From an uncultured virus (IMG/VR IMGVR_UViG_3300012665_000884) (lineage: Duplodnaviria > Heunggongvirae > Uroviricota > Caudoviricetes): 64,000 nucleotides of DNA. Location of the stretch: the IMG/VR virus record IMGVR_UViG_3300012665_000884. One strand, 5' to 3'. The notes under the pieces are model-generated. The model was not told the origin of the DNA, did no database searches, and was given only the letters and a program-made list of their open reading frames with translations. Of this stretch, positions 55,600 to 64,000 are shown one piece after another. How positions within the stretch are numbered: the first letter of the stretch is position 1; every line of letters begins with the position of its first letter. The position numbers were made by a program, and so were the translations under genes.

Positions 55600-57237
55600 A
55601 TGGCTGATTATGGTGGGTATCAAGGTAACTCGAAACTCAAACGTGTTGGTGTTAAGATTGATTATACACACGAACAGTTGATTGAGATTACCCGTTGCAT
55701 TAAAGACCCTGTTTATTTTATTAAAAATTACATGAAGATTGTGAACGTGGACTCCGGTCTCGTTCCTTTCAAGATGTGGCCTTTCCAGGAGGAAATGGTT
55801 AAAGGCTTTCATGCTAATCGCTTCTCTATTGCTAAGATGCCTCGACAGGTTGGTAAAACAACTACGGCCGCTGGTTATATGCTTTGGTCGATTCTATTTC
55901 AAGACGATTACAAAATTGCTATTCTGGCTAACAAAGGTGACTTAGCACGTGACATTCTTGGTCGTATCAAGTATGCATATGAATATCTTCCACTCTGGAT
56001 GCAACAAGGTATTATTGAGTGGAACAAAGGTAATATCTCATTAGAGAATGGTTCAGAAATTTCAGCATATGCTACCAGCGCCAGCGGTGTTCGTGGTGGA
56101 TCATACAACTTAATTTTCTTGGACGAATTTGCGTTCGTTCCACATAACATGGCAGAAGAGTTCTTCACTTCTACATATCCGGTTATCTCATCAGGTAAAA
56201 CAACTAAAGTTATTATCGTTTCAACACCACATGGTTTGAATCAATTCTATAGGATGTGGACTGATGCTGTTGAGAAACGTTCAACATATGTTCCGTTCGA
56301 AGTTCACTGGTCAATGGTACCAGGACGTGATGAAGCATGGAGAGAAGAAACGATTAGAAACACCAGTGAAGAACAGTTCAGACAAGAATTTGAGACTGAG
56401 TTCATTGGTTCTTCAGCTACATTGATTCCTGGCGCTAAACTGAAGATGTTGACATTCCTCAGACCATATGCTACCGAAGAACATATGCAAATATATGAAC
56501 AGCCAAAACCAGGTCATACATATATTGCTGTGGTAGATTGTGCTGAAGGTGTTTCACTGGACTACTCAGTGGTATCCGTTGTAGACGTTACAGAGATTCC
56601 ATATCGCCATGTGGCTAAGTTTAGAGACAACAAACTGTCACCACTAATCTTTCCAACGTTTGTGTACAACATAGCAAACAGATACAATCGTGCATGGGTG
56701 TTGGTAGAAACCAACTCCGTTGGTCAACAAGTTGTGGATATTCTTCACTATGACTTAGAATATGAAAACATTTTCCGTATTGAAAGCCATGATGTTAAGG
56801 GTCAACATATTTCATCTGGCTTTAAGAAGGGTGCCGCATATGGTGTCCGTACATCCAAGACTGTTAAGAAGATTGGTTGTGCCAACTTAAAGACATTGAT
56901 TGAGACCGATAAGCTAATTACTAACGATTTCGACACAATTGCGGAACTAAATACATTCGTAAGAGATAAAGATTCTTATGCGGCTGAAGAAGGTAACAAT
57001 GATGATATTGTTATGACTTTGGTACTTTTTTCTTGGCTAACTGCACAAAGTTACTTCAAGGAAATTACAAATTCAGATGTTCGCCAGCGCCTGCTGGATG
57101 AAAGAAATCTCCAAATGGACGAAGAAATGTTGCCTGTAGGAGAATTGGATGACGGATTGGCAGAAGAAAAAGAATTTGATGGAAAAGACCTGTGGACCTC
57201 AGTGAGAGCCAGAGGTTATATGCCCTCAACTTTATAA
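55600..57237 (+). CDS. 17: terminase large subunit gp17
   Basis: PRQVGKTT Walker A, IFLDEFAF Walker B, VSTPHG, NNDDIVM nuclease motif. Confidence 0.97.
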   Translation: MADYGGYQGNSKLKRVGVKIDYTHEQLIEITRCIKDPVYFIKNYMKIVNVDSGLVPFKMWPFQEEMVKGFHANRFSIAKMPRQVGKTTTAAGYMLWSILFQDDYKIAILANKGDLARDILGRIKYAYEYLPLWMQQGIIEWNKGNISLENGSEISAYATSASGVRGGSYNLIFLDEFAFVPHNMAEEFFTSTYPVISSGKTTKVIIVSTPHGLNQFYRMWTDAVEKRSTYVPFEVHWSMVPGRDEAWREETIRNTSEEQFRQEFETEFIGSSATLIPGAKLKMLTFLRPYATEEHMQIYEQPKPGHTYIAVVDCAEGVSLDYSVVSVVDVTEIPYRHVAKFRDNKLSPLIFPTFVYNIANRYNRAWVLVETNSVGQQVVDILHYDLEYENIFRIESHDVKGQHISSGFKKGAAYGVRTSKTVKKIGCANLKTLIETDKLITNDFDTIAELNTFVRDKDSYAAEEGNNDDIVMTLVLFSWLTAQSYFKEITNSDVRQRLLDERNLQMDEEMLPVGELDDGLAEEKEFDGKDLWTSVRARGYMPSTL

Positions 57238-57293
57238 AATCATAAATACAATACATGAGATAAGTTCTATAAAAATAATAAGGAGAACATAAT

Positions 57294-58955
57294 ATGGCTT
57301 TTCAATTATCACCTGGAGTAAACATCTCCGAGGTAGATTTGACAACAGTTGTTCCCTCTGTTGCAACTACTGTTGGTGGCATCGCCGGCAATTTTGCATG
57401 GGGTCCTGTTGAAGAAATCACAATCATCAACAACGAAATTCAACTAGCAGATAAGTTTGGCAAACCTGACGCAAACACATACGAAACATACTTTTCAGCC
57501 GCCAACTTTTTGGCATATGGCAGCGATTTGCGTGTTGTTCGTGTTGTTGGCACAGGCGCTTTAAACGCAGTATCGTCAGGTTCTGCAAGACTGATTAAAA
57601 ACAGAGATGATTATGAACAAAATTACAGTTCTAACAGTGCTATTGCATTTACTGCAAAATACGCTGGTAGTTTAGGTAATAGCATTAGAGTTTCTATGGC
57701 AGATGCTAACACATACGCCACATGGTCATATGCTTCCAACTTTGACTCTACACCAGCAACTTCAACATTCGCACGTGATGCTTCTTCTTCTAACGATGAA
57801 GTTCACATTGTTGTTACTGATGCAACTGGTGTAATTTCAGGTACTGTTGGTACAATTTTGGAAAAATTTGGTTATCTTTCTAAAGCAAGTGACGCTAAGA
57901 ATCCAGATGGTTCAAGCAACTACTACAAAGACGTAATCAATGCACGTTCTAAGTACTTGTGGTCTACAGGCCACTTGGCTGCTAATTGGGGTTCTGCGGC
58001 TACTGCTGGTATTGTATATACAGTAATGGCGGCTAATACTACTGTTACCTTAAGTGGCGGTTATGTGGCAGCAGTTACGGGAGCAAATATCAATACAGGT
58101 TTCGACCTATTTGCTAATCCAGATTCCGTTGATGTATCTCTTCTGATTTCTGGCGCAACAGATTCTGCTACAGTTCCTAACTACTTAATTTCTATTGCAG
58201 AAACTCGCAAAGATTGTTTGGTATTCATTTCTCCATCTAAGGCCAGCGTGGTAGACAATTATGGTTCTGAAGCAACTTCTGTTGCAACAAACGCAGGAAC
58301 ATTTACTAAGTCTTCATATGCAGTTATGGATTCAGGATGGAAATATCAATACGACAAATACAATGACGTTTATCGTTGGATTCCATTGAACGGCGATATT
58401 GCTGGTCTATGTGTACGTACAGACGTTGAGCGTGACCCATGGTTCTCTCCTGCTGGTCTACAACGTGGTGTTATTAAGAACGTTATCAAACTTTCTTGGA
58501 ACCCAACTAAAGCTGACCGTGATACTATCTACAAAGCAGGCGTTAATCCAGTTGTTACATTCCCTGGCGAAGGCACAATCTTGTATGGCGATAAGACATT
58601 GTTGAATCGTCCAAGTGCATTCGATAGAATTAACGTTCGCCGTTTGTTCATCATCTTGGAAAAATCAATTGCTAAAGCAGCCCGCACATCAATGTTTGAA
58701 TTCAACGATGAATTTACACGTGCCGCTTTTGTCAACTTGGTTGAACCATACTTGCGTGATGTACAAGGTCGCCGTGGTATCTATGACTTCCGTGTTATTT
58801 GTGACAACACTAATAATACATCCGAAGTTATTGACCAGAACCAATTCATCGGTGATATTTACATCAAACCTGCTCGTTCCATTAACTTTATCCAATTGAA
58901 CTTCGTTGCTGTACGCACCGGTGTTTCTTTTGAAGAAGTTGTTGGTAGAGTTTAA
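57294..58955 (+). CDS. 18: tail sheath protein gp18
   Basis: LSPGVNISEVDLT, PWFSPAG, FDRINVRRLF, IKPARSINFIQLNF. Confidence 0.97.
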   Translation: MAFQLSPGVNISEVDLTTVVPSVATTVGGIAGNFAWGPVEEITIINNEIQLADKFGKPDANTYETYFSAANFLAYGSDLRVVRVVGTGALNAVSSGSARLIKNRDDYEQNYSSNSAIAFTAKYAGSLGNSIRVSMADANTYATWSYASNFDSTPATSTFARDASSSNDEVHIVVTDATGVISGTVGTILEKFGYLSKASDAKNPDGSSNYYKDVINARSKYLWSTGHLAANWGSAATAGIVYTVMAANTTVTLSGGYVAAVTGANINTGFDLFANPDSVDVSLLISGATDSATVPNYLISIAETRKDCLVFISPSKASVVDNYGSEATSVATNAGTFTKSSYAVMDSGWKYQYDKYNDVYRWIPLNGDIAGLCVRTDVERDPWFSPAGLQRGVIKNVIKLSWNPTKADRDTIYKAGVNPVVTFPGEGTILYGDKTLLNRPSAFDRINVRRLFIILEKSIAKAARTSMFEFNDEFTRAAFVNLVEPYLRDVQGRRGIYDFRVICDNTNNTSEVIDQNQFIGDIYIKPARSINFIQLNFVAVRTGVSFEEVVGRV

Positions 58956-58981
58956 TAAATAGAGAGATAGGAGAAACTTAA

Positions 58982-59527
58982 ATGGCTTTTAACATTAATG
59001 AATTCCGCTCTCAAATGCAGGGAGACGGTGCCCGCCCGAACTTATTCGAGGTGACGCTACCTTTCCCAGCATTCGCTCTGCCTGGAACTGCACAAACAAA
59101 ACTTACATTCATGTGTAAGACTGCACAGTTGCCAGGTTCTACAGTTAACACAGTTCCAGTTCAATACTTCGGTCGTGAATTGAAATTTGCTGGCAATAGA
59201 ACCTTTCAAGACTGGTCAATCACAATCATCAATGATGAAGACTTTGTTGTTCGTAATGCATTTGAACGTTGGATGAATGGTATGAATAGTCATGCTACTA
59301 ACGTTCGTAATCCTGCCGCATCAACACCATCTGGTTATACAGTGGATGGTGAGGTAAGACAATACGGTAAAGGTGGTAACACCTTGAAGAAGTATAAGTT
59401 TATTGGTTTATTCCCAACAGACTTATCTACTATTGACGTAGACTGGGGTTCTAACGATACTATCGAAGAATTTACAGTTAACTTGTCTTATCAATGGTGG
59501 GAATCCGCTGACGACTTGGTGGCTTAA
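58982..59527 (+). CDS. 19: tail tube protein gp19
   Basis: GARPNLFEV, CKTAQLPGS, GRELKFAGNRTFQDW, IEEFTV. Confidence 0.97.
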   Translation: MAFNINEFRSQMQGDGARPNLFEVTLPFPAFALPGTAQTKLTFMCKTAQLPGSTVNTVPVQYFGRELKFAGNRTFQDWSITIINDEDFVVRNAFERWMNGMNSHATNVRNPAASTPSGYTVDGEVRQYGKGGNTLKKYKFIGLFPTDLSTIDVDWGSNDTIEEFTVNLSYQWWESADDLVA

Positions 59528-59533
59528 TTTGAT

Positions 59534-59553
59534 GGAGGGACTTCGGTCCCTCC
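59534..59553 (+). promoter_or_regulatory. cUUCGg hairpin after gp19, lacking a U-tract
   Basis: GGAGGGAC-TTCG-GTCCCTCC. Confidence 0.75.
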
Positions 59554-59560
59554 TATCCTT

Positions 59561-60211
59561 ATGGCATTATATCTTCTAGTAAAAGAACACAATATTACAG
59601 GATTAAAATATCTTTGTAAGCACGAATCGCAATCTTTTGATGATTGTGTGAAATATCGTGGGTCTGGTGTTTATTGGAGAAGACATATAAAACAAAATGA
59701 CAATAATGTTACCACAAGATGTTTATTTGTAACTGAAGATAAAGACATTTTCAAAAAAGTTGCTAAAGAATATTCTATTAAATTTGATGTTGTAAATTCT
59801 AAAGAATGGGCAAATTTGACTATTGAAGAAGGACAGGGCGGAAATACAGTTGTTGATAAAAAAGAACACGGTATAAAAACTAAACTTGGACATAATCGTC
59901 CTGGTGTTAGAGAGAAAATGTTAACTCATTTGAATGAACACATCAAAAATATTCAACCTTTGGCAGCACAAGCCGCTAAAGTTAAATTAACTGGTGTTCC
60001 AAAAAGTGAGAAACACAAAAAGAATATGATGGGAATTAGACCTCATGTCGTTCAAAGTGGAAACAAAAATAATAATGCTAAGAAAATACAAACTCCATTT
60101 GGCATTTTTGGAAGTATTAGAGATGCGTCCGTTCAAATTAAAGATTATACATACAGAATGATACACACAAGATTAAATGATGAATTAAATAGTGATTGGA
60201 GATATATCTAA
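59561..60211 (+). mobile_element. free-standing GIY-YIG-like homing endonuclease gene
   Basis: LYLLVKEHNITGLKYLCK..YRGSGVYW..ANL..E.GQGG catalytic pattern, NUMOD3-like KSEKHKKNM, C-terminal TPFGIFGSIRDAS; between genes 19 and 20. Confidence 0.8.
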
Positions 60212-61887
60212 TGGCCATCAAATTGTTCGGCTTTACACTGGGTGAAAAAGATATCATCCAAAAAGAGGACCCTAAATCGGCCTCATTTGCGCTTCCAACA
60301 CAGGCGTTGGATGATGGCGCAGTTACAATTACACAGAATGCCCACTTCGGCACATATGTAGACTTAGAAGGTTCAGTTCGAAATGAACTGGAACTAATTA
60401 CTCGTTATCGTGAAATGTCCAATCACCCTGAGTGTGATATGGCAATCACTGAGATTGTTGATGAAGCAATTACACACGATGATGATGGTAGAGTTGTTGA
60501 TATTATTCTCGACAAATTAAAACAGCCAGAATCTATCAAGAAAAAAATCAGAGAAGAGTTTGACACAATATTGAAGCTGTTGAATTTCTCTAACATGGCT
60601 GACGACTTGTTTAAGCGTTGGTACATTGATGGTAGAATTTACTACCATGTTATTGTTAATGAACAAAACCCTAAAGAGGGTATCAAAGAATTACGATATA
60701 TTGATCCACGTAAAATTCGTAAAGTACGTGAGATTCAAAAAGGCAGAGATGCTAAGACTGGCGCAGACATTGTTAAGTCTATGGCTGAATACTACATCTT
60801 TAATGACCGTGGTATTTCAACGCAAGGTTATTCAGCATCCACAAATAGTGGTCTAAGAATTGCACCAGATTCCGTCATCAACGTTAACTCTGGTATGATG
60901 GATGCTAAAAATACATTCGTTATCTCATACATGCACAAAGCAATTAAGTCACTGAACCAATTGCGTATGATTGAAGATGCGATTGTTATTTACCGAATTT
61001 CGAGAGCGCCTGAGCGCCGTGTGTTCTATATTGACGTTGGTAACTTGCCAAAAGGTAAAGCTGAACAATATCTACGTGATGTTATGGTTAAGTATCGTAA
61101 CAAAATGGTTTACGATGCATCAACTGGTGAACTCCGTGATGACCGTAAACACATGTCTATGTTAGAAGACTTCTGGTTGCCTCGCCGCGAAGGTGGTAAA
61201 GGCACAGAGATTACTACATTGGCTGCTGGACAAAACTTGGGACAACTTGAAGACGTTACATACTTCCAAAAGAAATTGCTCCAATCATTGAACGTACCAT
61301 ATTCACGTTTAGAGCCACAAGGTGGTGGTATGGTTGGACTTGGTAGAAGTACCGAAGTTACACGTGATGAATTAAAGTTTATGAAGTTTATTAATAAACT
61401 CCGTAATAAGTTCACACAAATCTTTGACCATGCTTTGAAGACACAGTTGGCACTTAAAGGGATTTGTTCCCAAGAAGAGTGGGATGATTTCAGAGAAAAC
61501 ATTTATTACGACTTCAGAAAAGATAATAACTTTACTGAATTGCGTGATGCCGAGTTGCTACAGCAACGAATTCAAATGCTAGGACAGATTGATCCATATG
61601 TGGGACGATACTATTCACAAGAGTGGGTAAGAAAGAATGTCTTACAATTGTCCGATGACCAGATTAATGAGATGCAGAAACAAATTGATTCTGAACCAGC
61701 ACCACAACAGTTAGGACCAGATGGTCAGCCGGTGCCTGAACAAGGTGAAGAACAAGAACAGCCACAGTTAGACCCAGCAAGTTATCCACCAGAAGATAAT
61801 GTTTCAGATAGAGGTACTAATGAGGGTGACACACCAGAATTAGATAACGCAGTAAGTCGTTTTGGTAAATTGATAAATACAAAATAA
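60211..61887 (+). CDS. 20: portal protein gp20
   Basis: LITRYREM, IYRISRAPERRVFYIDVGNLPK, EDFWLPRREGGKGTEITTL; start MAIKLFGF at 60211. Confidence 0.97.
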   Translation: MAIKLFGFTLGEKDIIQKEDPKSASFALPTQALDDGAVTITQNAHFGTYVDLEGSVRNELELITRYREMSNHPECDMAITEIVDEAITHDDDGRVVDIILDKLKQPESIKKKIREEFDTILKLLNFSNMADDLFKRWYIDGRIYYHVIVNEQNPKEGIKELRYIDPRKIRKVREIQKGRDAKTGADIVKSMAEYYIFNDRGISTQGYSASTNSGLRIAPDSVINVNSGMMDAKNTFVISYMHKAIKSLNQLRMIEDAIVIYRISRAPERRVFYIDVGNLPKGKAEQYLRDVMVKYRNKMVYDASTGELRDDRKHMSMLEDFWLPRREGGKGTEITTLAAGQNLGQLEDVTYFQKKLLQSLNVPYSRLEPQGGGMVGLGRSTEVTRDELKFMKFINKLRNKFTQIFDHALKTQLALKGICSQEEWDDFRENIYYDFRKDNNFTELRDAELLQQRIQMLGQIDPYVGRYYSQEWVRKNVLQLSDDQINEMQKQIDSEPAPQQLGPDGQPVPEQGEEQEQPQLDPASYPPEDNVSDRGTNEGDTPELDNAVSRFGKLINTK

Positions 61888-61897
61888 GGAGATAATT

Positions 61898-62077
61898 ATG
61901 GATGCAAGAACAGTTATTGATATGCTAGGCGCAGGACAAAGTTCCGAAGCAAAAGATGGTTTGAATGAACTATTGTCTAATAAGGCAATTGAAGCACTTG
62001 ATGTAAAAAAACAAGAAATCGGTTCAACATTGTTTAATGGCAAAGTAGAACAATCAGCAGAAGAAAACGCAGAATGA
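61898..62077 (+). CDS. small prohead core protein (gp67-like; missing from ORF track)
   Basis: 59 aa MDARTVIDML..LSNKAIEALDVKKQEIGSTLF; SD AAGGAG; late-promoter-like GATAAATA at 61872-61879. Confidence 0.75.
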   Translation: MDARTVIDMLGAGQSSEAKDGLNELLSNKAIEALDVKKQEIGSTLFNGKVEQSAEENAE

Positions 62078-62904
62078 AATCACTCCAAGAATTTAGAAAT
62101 GTAGTTGTTGAGGAAGAAAAACAGGACTTCACAAAGTTCGATGCACTTGTTCGTGCAGGATTGGCTAATAAAGCACAACTTCAGAGATTACATCAAATTC
62201 TTGGTAAAATGAGTGAAGAACATCCATCTTTCAATAACGCTGACAGACAAATTATTCAAAACATGTTTACCAAAATGGTAGACTTGATTACCAATAATCC
62301 ACAAATCTATCGCAATGCACGTAAAGCAGTAAGTGAAGATGTTGAGTTGGAAGAAGGCTTACATGATACTGCCGATTATAAAATCGGTAAAGATGGTAGA
62401 AAAGTAAGAGCGCATAGAGTTTCTATTGGCGATAAGGATGACACGGAGTTTAAAGAAGAAACTTCCATCGAAGAAGCATCCTCTGATAATCCAGATAAAA
62501 CACCACCATTTGTATTGCTACTGAAGAGACAAGCAATCCGTATCTATCCAAATAACACCAAGATTGCATTGTACTATAATGAAAGACTTGGTAAGTATTT
62601 CAGTATTCCATTCGTTGGCGATAAAGCCGATATGATTCAAGCACAAGAAAGTGTTGATGAATTTGAACAAATTGATGAGGCAGTAATGGACACATTACAT
62701 AAGATTGTATCGGGTAAGTCCGCACAGTCTGTTAAGTTTGCATCAGGTCATACTCGTAAAGTTGACATGTATACCGCTTCCGCTATCACACAAGTACATA
62801 AAGCACTGAACGATGCCAACAAAAAGAAATTTGCTGATATGGTTCACAAGTCACCAGAACATTTCTCCAAAGCATCTGAATTCGCATTCAGTAAAGTTAA
62901 ATGA
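62074..62904 (+). CDS. hypothetical head-region protein
   Basis: 276 aa, coupled by ATGA overlaps, acidic linkers. Confidence 0.7.
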   Translation: MKSLQEFRNVVVEEEKQDFTKFDALVRAGLANKAQLQRLHQILGKMSEEHPSFNNADRQIIQNMFTKMVDLITNNPQIYRNARKAVSEDVELEEGLHDTADYKIGKDGRKVRAHRVSIGDKDDTEFKEETSIEEASSDNPDKTPPFVLLLKRQAIRIYPNNTKIALYYNERLGKYFSIPFVGDKADMIQAQESVDEFEQIDEAVMDTLHKIVSGKSAQSVKFASGHTRKVDMYTASAITQVHKALNDANKKKFADMVHKSPEHFSKASEFAFSKVK

Positions 62905-63332
62905 GATTTGTTGATTTAATTGGTCAAGGCAAGTTTGCTGACGCAAAAGAGTTTATACAGTTGCGACTAGAAGAAATCGCAAAGAAAAGACTCCAGGAAG
63001 CCAAATGCATTATTGCCGCAGATATATATGAAGAAGTGGAAGAAATTGCTGAAGCAAATATTCAACGTATGGGCCGAGTCCAAAAGATTCGTAGACGCAT
63101 TAGAAGAAATGCCAAAGGTAGAATTATCGTCCAGAGAAACGTTAAACGTTCAGCAATTAAAGGATTTAGAATTTCTGGAAACACAGTTAAGAGAATTCCT
63201 GCTATGCAGAGAATTAACAAAGCCAGAAAATTAAAGAGATACTGGAAAACAAAAGGTAGAGCTAAGTTGAATAGAACATTACTAAAAAGAAAAATGTCAA
63301 TGCGCCGCCGTAAATCAATGGGAATCAAATAA
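62901..63332 (+). CDS. basic prohead core protein (gp68-like)
   Basis: Extremely Arg/Lys-rich C-terminal half ending RRRKSMGI; just upstream of gp21. Confidence 0.65.
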   Translation: MRFVDLIGQGKFADAKEFIQLRLEEIAKKRLQEAKCIIAADIYEEVEEIAEANIQRMGRVQKIRRRIRRNAKGRIIVQRNVKRSAIKGFRISGNTVKRIPAMQRINKARKLKRYWKTKGRAKLNRTLLKRKMSMRRRKSMGIK

Positions 63333-63692
63333 ATGTCATACGAAGTAAATAATACACTAAAAGGATCAAGTGTGATCCGTGTCGTTGATCCTGGTACATA
63401 TACGATAACACTGGCAAATCTTTCTACTAATACACAATTAGAGACTGTAACATCTGCCAATATTAAGCGTATTCAGTGGTCTTCTAACGGCTACATCAAC
63501 ATCGGACGTGGTGCTACACCAACTCCTATGTTGTCATTACACAATGCGGGCAAAATGTATTTTGATGAACAAGGATATTCAATTGCAAATACTAACACAG
63601 GTAACGTTGTTGTTACTGTTGTTACTGGTGGTTCAGTTGTAATTGAATTGTCTAAGCAAGCGACATTCTCAACTAACTTGGATACAATGTAA
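63333..63692 (+). CDS. hypothetical virion protein
   Basis: 119 aa beta-rich ORF between gp68-like and gp21. Confidence 0.7.
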   Translation: MSYEVNNTLKGSSVIRVVDPGTYTITLANLSTNTQLETVTSANIKRIQWSSNGYINIGRGATPTPMLSLHNAGKMYFDEQGYSIANTNTGNVVVTVVTGGSVVIELSKQATFSTNLDTM

Positions 63693-64000
63693 TGAAGTTA
63701 ATCACAGAAACAGTCGAAGACGTTAAATACTTAACAGAGACTACAGAAACAGGCAAGAAGAATCTTTATATTGAAGGTATCTTCTTAGTCGGTGAGCAGG
63801 CTAACAAGAACCGCAGAATGTATAAGATTGATACATTACGTGAAGAAGTTGGTCGTTACACACAAGAATATATTCATACCAATCGTGCTTTGGGCGAACT
63901 AGGTCACCCAGACACACCATCTATTAACCTTGAGCGTGTATGTATCAAGATTGAATCTTTGAAAGAAGATGGCAACAATAGATTTGTTGGTAAAGCAAAA
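63692..64000 (+). CDS. 21: prohead protease gp21 (partial, runs off window)
   Basis: MKLITE..LYIEGIFL..NKNRRMY..RALGELGHPD. Confidence 0.93.
   Translation, partial: MKLITETVEDVKYLTETTETGKKNLYIEGIFLVGEQANKNRRMYKIDTLREEVGRYTQEYIHTNRALGELGHPDTPSINLERVCIKIESLKEDGNNRFVGKAK

Noticed and set aside
55600..61887. Introns or inteins in terminase, sheath or portal genes
   Set aside because: ORFs are continuous, of ordinary length, with no intein or splice-like interruptions seen

Overview
The whole window is part of a T4-like (Tevenvirinae-type gene complement) myophage genome, AT-rich and typical of uncultured aquatic T4-likes. Left end: the 3' part of a phage-encoded tmRNA (tag ANDESYALSA), a SleB-type wall hydrolase, an AAA ATPase and the dsbA-33-59-32 replication/late-transcription cluster. 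A minus-strand block follows (gp4, gp2, tube-like, gp26, gp51 module, tape-measure/muramidase). The rest is one long late region: baseplate (48, 53, hub, split gp5, 25, 6, 7, 8, DUF4815-like), an ~23 kb fibre/decoration island, neck/terminase/tail genes (13-19, with Dps between 16 and 17), a GIY-YIG-like homing endonuclease, portal and prohead genes up to a partial gp21. There is a 671-nt N gap at 47271-47941. Most interesting signals: (1) a Thr/Ser/Trp protein whose two arms are mirror-complementary (aromatic opposite Arg/Gln at i+j=294, 24 pairs), followed by two glycosyltransferase-like genes; (2) an in-frame U_UUU_UUC -1 slippery site linking gp26 to the gp51 module just upstream of the tape measure, as in lambda G/GT; (3) three collagen-like fibres followed by two 2OG-Fe(II) oxygenases and a glycosyltransferase, suggesting virion post-translational modification; (4) a tmRNA, probably two-piece, whose tag ends in LSA. 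All product calls come from motif recognition and synteny; no database search was run.
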